Of a DNA stretch of 64,000 nucleotides, positions 24,029 through 36,702 are shown one piece after another. The DNA lies in NCBI GenBank assembly GCA_009103225.1, contig RHPI01001965.1, positions 511,114 through 575,113 of the forward strand. Direction: 5' to 3'. The translations under genes were made by a program, and so were the position numbers. Below the pieces are notes generated by a model. The model was not told the origin of the DNA and searched no databases. It worked only from the letters and a program-made list of their open reading frames with translations. Every line of letters starts with the position of its first letter. Position 1 is the first letter of the stretch. Origin of the DNA: Chlorokybus atmophyticus (taxonomy: Eukaryota > Plantae > Mesostigma and Chlorokybus algae).

Positions 24029-24768
24029 TCGTCATTCGACGATCCTTGATATTGGTACATACCAGCGCTGTAATGGACAGCAAGCTGCACGCGCACGCCG
24101 ATGCTTGGAAAGGAATGCCATCACAGGTGTGTTATTTTGAAACAAGTACCGCTGTTCATCGCAGGGCAGGGCTTGTCACATGCAAGGTGTGCTTGCAGGT
24201 ACCGCTGTGCGTAGACGCGTGTCCGCTCAGTGCGCAGTCAATACTAGCCTCTTGAGAACACTTGTTACCTGGCACACACCATTGCGGTGTTGGTGTACAC
24301 ATGCGAGGTGCTATTGTATGCACGCTAGGATTGGTATGTGGCAGAAGTCGAACAAGCATGACTATTTGTGTTAATCATTCTGAGCAAGCCGACACTACAC
24401 GGCTCGCCACTTCAGGCTAGGCTAGGCTTGCGACTAAGTGTAGTCTTGGCTGTTAAGTTGTTGTTCACTCATCACGTTGCCCTATCACTTTACGGAACTG
24501 ACAAGCCCATCAGGTAAATGCACTTGCGTGTGTACTGGCTCATTCTGCAAGTGTGTGTGACTTCATCTGTGCCCCAATCTCAAAGATCGAGCGCCTGCCC
24601 GAGACTGCATCAGACTGCTACATGACTGCCAGGAACCTAGTCAAGCGCGCGAGCTGCAGACAGAAGCAGGGGTTGCAGTGGGCCAGGAGCGGCCAGCCTG
24701 CGCAGCGCCGCATGACATGACGACACAGTCTTGAGATCTTTCGTTCTTTTGTTCTACTGCCTATGATG

Positions 24769-24861
24769 TCAGGAGCAACTGCCAGGTGACCAGCCACCCA
24801 TGCGTGCCAGTTGCCCAAACGGGTAACGGATGGCGGCAGCTGCCGCGCCCGTGATATTATG
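24769..24861 (-). pseudogene. Possible decayed tyrosine-recombinase (DIRS/Crypton-like) C-terminal motif
   Basis: Reads HNITGAAAAAIRYPFGQLARMGGWSPGSCS*, resembling the YR HSLR.GAA.AA...I..MGGWS..S motif. No intact upstream domain was found. Confidence 0.3.
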
Positions 24862-27123
24862 TATAAAGCATTAGAATGCAAATAGGAGTGAGAATGCACA
24901 CACGCATGCACACAGGCATGTGGTTACATATGTGCGGCGTGTTGTGCGGTGTGAACATTGGTGGTGCTATGTGCATGAGTGCGCTTGCTTGTGCATTTGT
25001 GTTGTGCTGCTGGTGTGCGCAGTGTACAAGATATCAAGCAAAGCCACGAGGCATATATGCAATAGACTGCTCCAATCATGCGTCTCACACTATGCCACAT
25101 ATGCAAGCGCACATGGCAGTTTAAAGCAGTCGCAAACCCACCCACCCAGAGCTTATTCACCAGAGGGCTTAGCTAGGGGCCTAATGCAACTAGTAAGTGC
25201 TGGAGAAGATGACAGCGAGGACGACCTATAGCTAGCAAGCGCGGGTGGCTGTACCTGCAGGCAGGGCGTGCATGCAAGATGCCTCACAGATGTTCAACAT
25301 GCTTTTCATGCAACCCTACATGGCACGCTGGGGGCGAAATTTTATTCATGCGTCTTGCCCATCATTGCGCGCGCTGCATGCCCCGTTCCATGGCGATCAT
25401 GGACAAGTGAGGAGCAGCGGTGGCAATGCCAGGCTGGACACTGGTGACTACGGATGCAGCTCCACCCTTGCATGCCTCGCCCCGCCCTCGCCCTGCTGCC
25501 TTGCTACCTGCTTACTGCTGCTGCTGTTGTTGTGCACCTGCGAGGACTGCAACGTCTAACGCCTGTCGCTGCGCCACCACAGGTGGTGATTCTTTGCGCG
25601 CCTTTGCCCTGCCCTGCCCTGCCTGCTCACCCGCCCTCATCTTCACCCCTTGCACGCACTTAGTTAGTGCACATAGCTAGTGCCTGTATGCCCTCTATGT
25701 TAATCTGAGTGCTTGCTTGCTGTTGTGCATGTGTTTGAGCGTGTGAATGTTGTGTGTTTGTGTGTGCCTTGCATGTTACTTGGATAGCTCATGCCCTGTC
25801 CCCATTCGCATGTTGCATTGGCACATGGGAGCCAACACTTCATGTCAATGATAACAGAGGGTTAGTTAGCATAGGAATCGGCCCCTAGCTAGTTGTTGTG
25901 TTGATGTTGGCTGTGATTATTGGAGCCGTGCTGATTGCCTTGGTTAGGTTGGTGCTATGCTTTGTTTATCTCTCCATGCTATACCCTATGCAGATGCAGC
26001 TCTCGTAGGGTAGTGCCCGTGCATAGGGTCATAGGGTAGTGCCCGTGCATCGGATATGAGTCATATTGCACACACGTGAACTACAACAGTCAAGCGAACA
26101 TGCAAGGGAACACACTTGCATTACAACCGGGGCCATCATACTACTCTATGCTGAGTGACCTATATGCAACGCAATGCCGTTGGTGAAGCAGGCAGTAGCA
26201 GCAGCAACAAACACCAACCAACCAACCTGAGTGCACGAGTACATGTGGTGTAGTGTATGAACTTATGTATTAGGCATGGTGGCAGGCGTTGGCAGCCAAG
26301 CGCACATACTTGCATACCAAAACCAAAAAGCGGTCAAACACATGCGGCACGCTAGCCGAACACACACATCCATACAATCACGCACACGTGCAGTGCACCA
26401 ACACTCACAGCGCGGATGCACACGGTATGTGAAGTGCTGTGTGGCACACGCATCACCATGCAATGTGTACATGTAAAAGAGACCCTACTACTCAACTACA
26501 TGACGTACACTTACCAAACGCAAACGTACGCGACCGCCGGGCTGCACTACCTGTTTCTACCACTGTACCTACCACCGGTGTGTGAGCAAGCGCTGAGTGC
26601 TGCGACCAAATCCATATACAAAATCCATGTACACAAGCAGAACAGACCGACCTATACGCACAGCATGCATACATCAGTACATGTTGGTGGTTGCACAAAA
26701 ACAACAATCGCCTGTGTGGAGCAGCACAGCGTTTTGCTGCTTAGCACGCATGCGGGAGTGGACGGACCATCAATTGTAATACTGCTGCCTTCCCACGTTT
26801 AGAAGCTTGTACTTTGCAAAACAGCCCAAGGTGGAGCACAATAGCAGCTTCAACAAAAGAATCACCGTACGAGCATGCGCAATGGTGGTGGGTCCCGTGA
26901 TACTGCCAGTCACATATCTAAACTTCAATCACAACTTGAGTGCATACTCTATCAGCCCCAGCTGCCACTCCTGTGTTGAACACTGGCTGCCTCAGTGCCA
27001 ATCTGGACCAGGTGTTTGACAACACAACAACAGTCAGGTACAGAAGGGTTGGGCGTACACAGGCGGCCTTGTGGCTGGTTGCTAATGCAAGCGGTTCAGT
27101 TCATACTGTACAAGTGGCAGGTG

Positions 27124-28078
27124 TCAATCATGCGCAAGCACAGGTCTCACAAGCGGCCGTAGCTGCGCGAGGTACACGATCACCCATCTGCAGACACGGA
27201 AAGAGTTACGAAGATCGCGGCAAGTGCACCAGTAAACTTGAGAAACAAAGAGACAGCCTTACATCATCCAACAGCATACGCCAGAAGTAAGCACCAGCAC
27301 GTACGGGAGGCTGCAAGCGCAGCAACTGTGTTAGTTGCAAAGCAGATCACACATTTGTGTGCTGTTGTTCAGGTTTCTCCACAATGCTTACACACTATAC
27401 CATATCTGGGGCAACGCTGTCATAGCTGCGGTAGCGGCTTGCAAGTGCTTTGAAGCCTAAGCTTATTTTGCAACAACAAACCACAAAACTGATGCAGTAA
27501 GACCATGCGGAAGCAGCTAATCTGACCCAACATTGGCATGGTGGAGCGTGTAAAAGTGACACAACCAAGTTGTTGTCAGCTAACTTTGTCGTGCGGATGT
27601 CACCTCTGAGGCTTTGGAAAGTAAGGGGCAAACTCGTTGTTTTGGTGGTAACGCACTCGCAAATCGACCAAAAGTGTCATTGTGGCACACATACTCGCAG
27701 GCTTCTGTCTGTTTCGACTTTCGACACAAAGCCGCATAGCTTGTTAAGCATTTGTTAATGAACTCATATCTAGTAAGCTATTTAGTAAGATCAATCGTCA
27801 ACAGCAGAGAGCTACGAGACAAGAAGTTAATGGAACATACTCTGCTACGACAGGGACAAGCAGAACAGTAACAAGTAAGCAATCTCATTTGCGTACAGGA
27901 AAGATTATGCACAACAAAAAGGCCCAGAGAGTAGCTGAGGTGAGTGAGTGAATGAGTCAGTGAGCATGAAGGTTGCTTACGCATCACGTTGAGGCGCCTT
28001 GGATCCAAGAGCTCTAACAACCAGCAGTCCGACCAGAGTCGCAACAATGAAAAACAGCGTCCCAAGGAAGACGCCCAT
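27124..28078 (-). CDS. VHA-e: V-type ATPase V0 subunit e (69 aa)
   Basis: Exons 28078-27981, 27310-27263 and 27187-27124 (98+48+64=210 nt), all GT-AG, give MGVFLGTLFFIVATLVGLLVVRALGSKAPQRDALPYVLVLTSGVCCWMIWVIVYLAQLRPLVRPVLAHD*. This contains the CCWMxWxxxYxAQxxPL signature. Confidence 0.93.
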
Positions 28079-28140
28079 CGCGGCAGTACCGCCGCCGCCG
28101 GCGCCAACGCCAACTCCGCGGCCAACACAACCTGGCCAGA

Positions 28141-28149
28141 TTAGGGTTT
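28141..28149 (-). promoter_or_regulatory. Telo-box (AAACCCTAA) in the VHA-e / NOG1 divergent intergenic region
   Basis: Exact match, 63 nt upstream of the VHA-e ATG, inside a GC-rich (GGC)n-containing island. Confidence 0.6.
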
Positions 28150-28504
28150 CAATTTACGTAATCATAAACGCGTAACGCCAAACACGCCGGTGACGGTTCG
28201 CGCGTTAGTGCACGTTTGCAGTCAGTTCGGTAACGTTAGCTTGCGGCGGCGGCGGCGGCAGCGGCAGCGGCGGCGGCCTGGTGGCGGCGGGGTGGGTGTC
28301 GTCGGCGGGGTTGTCGTTGCTGTCGGTGCCGTGTGAGTGTTGTCCTCGAGCATGAGCTGTGGAGCATCGGACGTCACCTGAGCTGGTGGCGTGGGCTCGG
28401 CAGGGCGCAGGCGGCAGCGTAGGTGTAGACGAAGGCGGCGGGCTGCTGTAGGATTGGGGTTACTCAGGCCTTGTTGAGGTTGTACACAGGCAGCTGTGGG
28501 AAGG

Positions 28505-31338
28505 ATGGTGCTCTATAATTTCAAGAAGATTACAGTAGTACCTTCGGCGAAGGACTTGGTGGATATTGTGCTTTCTAAGACGCAAAGAACAACACCCACA
28601 GTCATACACAAGTCCTATGCCATCACACGAATCCGCGCCTTCTACATGCGCAAGGTCAGTATTATGCCAGCCCAAATTAAGCCAGAATGAACGCTGCGGG
28701 TGGTGTAGACGTTTCCACACGCCTTCGTTCTTGGCACAAGTTGCTGCTTCGAGATTGTTTTGGGAATTTCTTGCACTCTAAAGACATTACCCAGCAATTA
28801 AGCAACCAGCTTGACTGTTGTTATCACTGTGCCAAGCTAGCTGGGTTTTGTGGAAAACGGGGTTTAGGCATGAAGTTGCCGAGTAGTCCACAAGAGCGTT
28901 CCAGCGGGTTGTGTACGTGGACTTGCCGACGACGGTATTCAGTTTGAGCAAATTGCCTGCTGGACTCTGCATAGCGCCATGCACACCTGAAAATTCAGTC
29001 TCGCTCCTTTACAGAAAGTGCTGTGCTACCGTACACTGGTAGTCGTTGTTAGGTGCATAGTGCCTTTCACGCACCTGCTATGCGCTTGCAAGCATGTCAC
29101 TTAGCAGGCATGCTTGTGGCAGTGCATGCCAGGCGTCATGACATCCCGCTTAAACTTGTACAGGCAGTACATGGCTCAGGCAGTATTCTGTCTGTTCGAT
29201 GACAAGGTCCAGCATTCTGTTGTGTTCATACGGTTGCAGTAGTTGCCAAGCGGTTGCCATCTCAGGAAGCAGATACTAGCATTACAGCACTTTACGTACC
29301 ACAATGCTGGTGCTGATGTTCGCTGTGTTTCACCGTTGCAGGTGAAGTTTACGTCATCGACATATCATGACAGGATCACCACAATCCTTGAGGACTTCCC
29401 GCGTGTGGATGATATACATCCATTCTATGCCGACCTGCTGAATGTCCTGTATGATAAAGACCACTACAAATTGGCGCTGGGTCAGCTGCATGCGGCGCGC
29501 AACCTCATTGACAAGATGGCAAAGGATTACGTGCGCTTGCTTAAGTTTGGAGACTCGCTGTACCGCTGCAAGCAGCTCAAGCGCGCAGCTATGGGCCGCA
29601 TGTGCACACTGATGAAGAAGTTGACTGCGAGCCTGGCGTACCTTGAGCAGGTAGCTACGTATCGCTTGCTTGTCATGCATGTTGTAGCTTCAGTTGCTGG
29701 CCTGTTGAGTTGTGTCTCGTCTGCTACAAGCATTGTGTCCCTTGACCTCTTACGTTGCTGCAGGTTCGCCAACACATGTCCAGGTTGCCGTCCATCGACC
29801 CCAACACAAGGACCATCCTGATCTGCGGGTACCCGAACGTAGGCAAGAGCAGCTTCATGAACAAAGTGACTCGCGCGGATGTTGATGTACAGCCCTACGC
29901 GTTCACCACAAAGTCGCTATTTGTGGGACACACGGACTACAAATACCTGCGGTGGCAAGTTATTGACACTCCCGGCATACTCGACCATCCCCTGGAGCAA
30001 AGGAACACAATTGAGATGCAGAGCATAACCGCCCTGGCTCACTTGCGCGCAACTGTCCTCTACTTTGTGGACATTTCAGAGCGCTGCGGGTACACTCTGG
30101 CTCAACAGGCGGCACTCTTCCACAGCATCAAGCCTCTGTTTGCCAACAAGCCGCTCATGATTGTGTGCAACAAGGTGGACGCGCGGCCCCTGGAGAGCCT
30201 CACGGAAGATGAGCGCAACCTTCTTGAGGACATGCGCAAGGAGGCTGCGGGTGGTGAGGCCCTCATGGCTGATGGAGGCGAGCAGGATGATGCGCTTCTC
30301 ACCATGAGCACGCTCACCGAGGTCGGTATCAGTCAGGTGAAGGCCGCGGCCTGTGAGAAGCTGCTCGCTTTGCGTGTTGAGATGAAGATGAGAGGCAAGA
30401 AGGTGCACGATGTGCTCAATAGAATACATGTTGCAACGCCCGTGGCTCGCGATGCATCGGCCAGGCCCCCTGTCATTCCATCCGCTGTGTTGGCCGCACG
30501 CGAACAGGGCAAGGCGGTCGGACAATCGTCCATGCCCAGGACGCTCGAGAAGGATCTGGAAAATGATCAGGGCGGTGCGGGTGTTTATGTTGCCAACTGG
30601 CGCAAGAACTACATCCTCGAGGATGATAGCTGGAAGGAGGATATTATGCCGGAGGTCATCGACGGCCACAACATTGCCGACTTCATCGATGCGGACATCT
30701 TGCAGCGGCTGGAGGAGCTGGAGCGAGAAGAGGAGAGGCTTGAGGAGGAAGCCGAGTTTGAGGAGAACATGAGTGAGGGCGAGGAGCTCACTGCAGAGGA
30801 GGCGGCCACGTTGAGTGCCATTAGGAAAAAAAAGAAGAAGATGCTGCAGGAGCATCGCAGGAAGAAGGCGGTCGCCAGCAACAACTCCGTCGTGCCTCGT
30901 AAATACGATCACGCCCGCAACTCCACCACGGACAACATGCGGGCGCATCTGGCGGATCTCGGCATGGACCCCACCAAGGCGGTGGAGCGCGCGCGGAGCA
31001 GAAGCAAGTCGCAAGTGCGTGTTGGACGCAAGCGCGGCCGTGAAGAGGCTGGCATGGACATTGATGAAGCCGGGGCAGAGGGAGAAGGCCAGGTCATGAA
31101 CAGGGCTGCGCGGAGGAGGGCGCTGTCAAAGTCTCGCGGCAGGCAGATCATATCTGTGCCTGGAGATGGGTTCAAGGATATCGTGCAGAAAACCAAGGCC
31201 CAGAAGCTGGCAGACATGGCCCAGCGGGTGCGGAACAAGGATGCACGCAAGGGTGAAGGTGATCGGCACATTCCGGATCTTAAACCCAAGCATTTACTGG
31301 TTGGCAAGCGGAAGAAGGGCACGGCCAATCATAGATAG
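28505..31338 (+). CDS. NOG1: Nucleolar GTP-binding protein 1 (OBG family)
   Basis: Three exons (28505-28654, 29342-29650, 29764-31338) encode [86 protein letters not shown] and the C-terminus [23 protein letters not shown]. Confidence 0.97.
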
Positions 31339-31810
31339 TTGCTCGTGTAGATATGGTAGAGGACTGCTGGTTGTGTGCGTTGCTTGTGTGTGTTTGCTGA
31401 GGACTAGGGGTTATATATGTGGTGTGACTTGCTTAAATACTGGTGTATGTATGCCAGTGTGCACTGCAGTTATTGGAGGGGTGGTCGCAATTGGTTGATC
31501 GCTTGGGCTCAAATTCCTTCTGTCCAGACATTGGCAGCGCGTTGGCAAAGTTTTGCAAAACCTCACACAAAGAGTCCGATTTATTTGGTTGTTGTGACCA
31601 ACAAACGCTAAGCACTGTTGCCTTACAACACTGCTTAATGCTCGCCACTTGCAGCAAAGACCCACTGAACAAAAGATTGAGTGCTGATAAGACCGCACGC
31701 ATGTGCATCACTGGCCAATGTCCACAAACGCATGGATTGCATGCAGTGAGAGCTGTGTTGTGACAGCTGCTCACGTTGACACGCATGCATACAACCGACA
31801 CGGGCAGCAG

Positions 31811-33276
31811 TCACGTAGTTCCTCCTGAGTTCACAAGTGCTTCTGATACTGCAGCAGTGAGAAAGCTTAAACCGCGATGTTGGGGAGTTTTGGAGTCATC
31901 TGCGGCGGGTGGGTAGTTGAGGTCTGGCAGCAATGCACCACGTTGCTGATCCTCAGAAGGGTGGTCCTCCATGGCGCCTTCTTCTGCAATCTCACCCTCT
32001 TCTACCTCTTCATCTCGCAACACCCGAGAAGAAGCTTGTGCTTGCTCCGCAGGCAGCAGTCGTTGCGCAACTGGTCTGACTGGCTGTGCCTGAAGCCCTG
32101 CTACTGCTGGCTGTGCTAAGAATTGCGCAGGATGCATGTGCATGGACTGCTGCATCCTGATGAAGGCCTCATCATCCAAGGAGGTCGCTGGAGACATCGT
32201 CGGCGGGGTGGGTGCAAATGGTGTGCCCGTGTCGGAAGCAGGTGTGCCCGGTAAGCTCTCTTCTCTGCCAAGACGGCGCTTCTTGGCCTGCTCGGCCTTC
32301 TGCTTTTCCACGGCTTCAGCTGCTGCTTCAGCTGCCTTCCGCGCTTTCTGCAAGGAGATGGCTGCGTCCACGTCGAGCGGCTTCATTCGCGACGGCCGAT
32401 TCGTGCCCCCTCGCCCTGCGTATGACTCCGAGCGATGAGTCCGTGACAACAAGCTCGATCTGGAGTTGAAGCTTGGGGATTCAAAGCCTGAGGAGCCGCC
32501 CTGCTGCCGCTGCGCGAAGGTTGGGGACTTAAAAACAGGGCCGGAAGTCGTGCGGCCGAATAGAGGGGTTTTGCGCTCGTCTGCTGAAGCCGACGACGCG
32601 GCTTCTGAAGACCTCGCACGCTCCCTCAGCTGGAAATGCTCGCTGATATTACACGCGGGTGCCGGACCCACCAGGTTGTTGCTGAGAAAGGGGTCCTCTA
32701 GCGGATGGAATTGTAGCCCGCTACCCTCTTGCAATCGCTCCCTGAACTCCTCAATCGTGTCCCTGACCACTGAGAACTCCCTCATAACAGCGTCCATGTC
32801 CAGCACCTGCGCGAGCCAACATGTGCCATCATAGATGCACCTCTTGACTGGAACAAGCAATGTGCTTGGCTTACCCCGGAGAACTTGCCAATGGCAGCGC
32901 CTATGGTGCGCACCCAGTCATCATCGTCCGCTAGAGCAGCATCCGCCAGGCGCTGAAGTTCCTCCTTCGTCTCCAGCATAACACCCTAGCATGCAGGGCC
33001 TAGTTCAGCACGCTACACCGTACGTGTCACAATCAACCCTCGTAGCCGACACAGTATACTTCGATGAGGTACCTTACGTAGAGAGAGGGCAGCCAGCAGC
33101 AGGTTCCGCCTGACGGCAGGGTCGAGGCGAGAGAACCGCTCGAGCAGCGCGACCAACGCCTCGCGCGTAAGCACAGGTGCGAATGCTGCGCCACTCCATG
33201 GCTCTGCAAGTGCCGCAGACGCCCACTTCTCAACATCCACCAAGGATGTTGGCAGCGGAGGTACCCTTGACCCCAT
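31811..33276 (-). CDS. NELFA: Negative elongation factor A homolog (436 aa model)
   Basis: Exons 33276-33073, 32985-32875 and 32806-31811 join in phase 0. The N-terminus W..AAFAPVLT...ERFSRLDPAVRRNLLLAALSL...ETKEELQRLADAALADDDDWVRTI...LDMD...VRDTIEEFRERL parallels the recalled human NELF-A (WAPPSIASLLT...CFHGLSSAVKLKLLLGTLHL...ASLDSDPWVLMV). PLEDPFLSNN...EHFQLRERARS matches PLECQYLNKN...KHFQLKRKPKS, and MKPLDV matches VKLLDI. Confidence 0.82.
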
Positions 33277-34120
33277 GGCTGCTACCTATGACACTCGCAC
33301 GCTGCTAGTTGCATGCACCCTGCACAGCATTGCACGCGCTCTCAGCATTGTTGACATGCGCTCGACACATAAGCGCTCACTGCGTGCAGCGTAAGGGACC
33401 AGCTTCACACACACACACACACACACGGAAAAAATCAAAAGGAAAACATGCAAAAAACGCGTCCACAACAAGTTGCTGCTAACTTATGGGGCTCTCGGAA
33501 AATGGAGTAACCTTGACATGACATTTCTTAGGAGGTGAAATACCCACACATGCTAACAGGTGTTGCAGCCTATCGTGACGTTCAATGCAAACTGCGTAAA
33601 GAATATTTCAAGTTTGTGACAGCTGCACAGCCAGAACACACAACCGCAAGGCCACTGAGCCTCTGCTCTTTACGTTGATCTTGCGGCCCTCAAAGCTGCA
33701 GCTAAACACAAACAGACATTTGGCATAGCCAACCAAGAGCATGGAGATTGCCCTGCCGCGGCACGCACGACGGCAATGCTCGCCTTGTGCAATCAAGTCA
33801 AATAGAAATTGTAACACCGACCCGTTGATCTCCCAGGCCAAGCGTCTGCAACGAGCAAGCTACGTGCGTTGTGCAACTGTGGTAAAAGGGGAGCCAAGCA
33901 CAACATGCTTACCACTTCAGAGTCCGGAAGCCGTCCTCGCTTTGCTCCGCACAGTTAATTGAGAATGGCGACTGCAGGAACGGCCACTTGCTGGAATGAT
34001 ATTGCCTTGTGCCTCAATTGAGACAACACAAACCTCCCACCCAGTGCCTCCGCACTCCACAGCGCCTTTCTGCACAACGCCGCCTCCGTCGCCGCCCCCG
34101 TGTCCGGCTCACAGCTAAGA

Positions 34121-34129
34121 TTAGGGTTT
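34121..34129 (-). promoter_or_regulatory. Telo-box (AAACCCTAA), possibly near the NELF-A transcription start
   Basis: Exact match in a GC-rich stretch about 850 nt upstream of the NELF-A ATG, same strand. Confidence 0.45.
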
Positions 34130-34904
34130 GCTGAATCCGGCGCACCGCATACTCCATGCATTGCTCCAAGCCGATGCGGTAAGCCCGCCGACTCAGCATC
34201 ATACCTGCGAGATCTCTGACATTTGCGCCCCAAAAGATTGTGAAATGTTCGTACGGGCGCGTACGGCAGCTTGCGTCACATGACTGTGATCAGTGGAGCT
34301 TGCAGCTTACGCTTGTGGCAAAAACTGAGCACAACCGAACTGACATCCCTCCTGGCCCGTTGCGCCAATCAGCTGCGCGCCTGGACCTCAGTATGCCGCT
34401 GCCTGTGGTTGATTCCGAGAGAGAGAGAGAGAGAGGATAGACATCAGAGACGCAAGTGATATCAGTCTTGGCCAAGGAAAACCCGTCGCGGTTATGGCTA
34501 AAGTCATATTTGTAGTTAGGCCTATTGGGTCAAACCACATGCAGCGAACGTACACGGGACATGCAGTATCATGGTATGAACAAGGTATTGATATCCATAT
34601 GGCGAAAAGTACACTGGCTTGCCGCCACGTGTCCGCCGCGGTCCGCCGACCAGGCCGCAAGCAGGCAGCGCCTGAAGCGGCGGAGCGCGGAGCAGGTCGC
34701 CGGCGCGGTGCTGCGCCTGTGACCTTGGTGTTGATGGCCGTGGCGGTGACCTTGAGGTTGCTGGTGTCATAGTCGCCTGTGTGTGAGCTGCTAGTGTTCA
34801 CTTGTGGTCTAGTGATACCAATACGGGCGGCAGTTCTACCAGGCCAGGCTAGCGGGCGGTGGGAGAACAGGCGGTGTAGTTGGGATCTGAGGATAGTGGT
34901 GAGC

Positions 34905-36702
34905 ATGGCGACGACCATGGCCTCGACGTCAACGTCCTCCGCTGCGGTCTCCATGACCGAGGCGTCCATGTACGGTCAGAGCAGCCGGGCAGGCCACAGA
35001 AGGCAGCGGACCAGGCCACCATGCGGCAGGAAGCTTGTGGACAGGTGTACAGAGCAGAGTCGCAGCTCGGTCCGTGTGGTTACGGCGAAGGCCACGGACC
35101 AGGCCGGCTGGCAACAGCAGGAGGGAGCACCCGCCCTCCCGCTGGACACCCCCTCCACCGCCGACCATGCCCGCAGCAACAACGGCGCTTTGGAGGCCCT
35201 CATAGCCGCTCCCCCAACTGCACCCAGAGGCGATAAGCCGCCTCCCATACTGCCTCACTCGGTACAGCCTTTGTGGTGTGCATCATGCTATGGCGCTAGA
35301 GCATACACACAGAGTTACAGAGTGTCCACACCAGCTTACTGCTGGTCGCAATCACTCGTAGCATGGTCGGAGTGTGCCAGACTAGGTAGGCTGTAAACTT
35401 TGTTGATTCGGCTCCGTTGACTACATGAGTCTGTGCCAATGTCATGTCTCAAAGTCGCTGCTCGCTCCATTGCAGGTAGAAGACTACATGCTAGAGGCGT
35501 GTGAAGCTGCTCTGCGGCTGGGTTCATTTCGAAAGTTGGTGAGCTTTCACGTGACAAAAGCAAATGCCAGCCCTGTACTGCCATCCTTGAATGTGCAGTT
35601 GCGTGTAGTGCATAGCATGTACATGTGCTCAAAGCTGATTGCTGCGTGCAACAGGTGCGAGTGGATGTTCCTTTTCCAGTTGTTACAGGCGCGTCTCCCT
35701 CTGCAGTGAAGCGAGCGGTGCGCAATCTGGCAGACCTGTTTGTGGCGGCACTTCGCGCTCGGTATACAGACCCCACCCACTTCTATGTGTCGATGCCGGA
35801 GACTGGCTCACGAGCAGATGGAGCACTGTTTAGTTGGCAAAGGTAGGACTGGGATGCTGCTAGCAAGCAATGCTCCATCTGTTGTTGCAGCATTTCATCA
35901 GAAGCATGGAGTCGTGTGGCCATCTGTGGTCAACAATGTTGCCAGTCGCAACTAGTATTTGACAGTCACCACTTGCGCAAATTGCAGAGAAATTGAGGAG
36001 GTGCGAAGCATGCGGCCGCGTGTGGTGGTGGTCGTGTGCCCGTTGGCTGACGAGGCTACCTTTGTCCAAAATTTGGCAAAGGCAGCAGGGCCCAGCACGC
36101 CATTCATTGTGTTCAATCCACTGTGGTCGCAGTCTGAGTTCGGCGCTGGTAAGGAGCAGGAGAGTCAGTTCGCTGCTCAGTTTGAGAAGGAAGCTGCCGT
36201 GGCGTACTGGATGGAAGAAGTGCTTGTGCCTCGCACTCGCTGGTGCTGCATGCTTGGAACTGGCGTTCAGGCTGCTGTGGTGAAAGGTGAACACTCAATA
36301 TCGCTTAACATGTCCAGCTAGCTTTAACCATCCTCTTTGTGAACACAATGCAACATTCCGCTTTGCAACTGCCAGTAACTTTTATTTATTGTACAGGCCT
36401 CTTCCATGATACATGCTCTACCATTGGTTGTATCTAACTTGATTTTGTGGTTCGCAGCTTATGGCACTGCTGGATGGAATGTGTTCATGTTGGGTGCGCA
36501 TGGATGTGAGGGGTACTCGTGGGTCCGTCGCGCCTCCAAACGCCCTACAGTCGAGCAATTGCAGGAGATGGCCAATGCATGCTTGCCTCCGCCCAGGGCT
36601 TCCCTCGCACAGCTGGGTCAGTCCATCTTGAAACCAAGCGCTCCATCGTGCCCGTTGGGCTGGAGGTATGACGAAGCGACCAACAGCTGTGTACCAATGT
36701 GA
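34905..36702 (+). CDS. Probable chloroplast DUF1995-family protein
   Basis: Ser/Thr/Arg-rich transit-peptide-like start (MATTMASTSTSSAAVS...RSSVRVVTAKA). Later exons encode YMLEACEAALR, VRVDVPFP, VVVVCPLADE, PFIVFNPLW, and AYGTAGWNVF...YSWVRRASKRPTVEQL, which resembles the DUF1995 C-terminal Y.G.W.V...RP motif. One internal exon boundary (about 35840-35990) is unresolved. Confidence 0.65.

Noticed and set aside
28141-28149. TTAGGGTTT as telomeric sequence
   Set aside because: Single units only, not arrays; treated as telo-boxes.
30076-31014. 312-aa minus-strand ORF
   Set aside because: Antisense shadow of the GC-rich NOG1 exon 3; no independent motifs.
34388-34969. 193-aa minus-strand ORF MDASVMETAAEDVDVE...
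   Set aside because: Its start overlaps the transit-peptide exon of the plus-strand DUF1995-like gene in antisense, and a histone-fold resemblance I considered was too weak.
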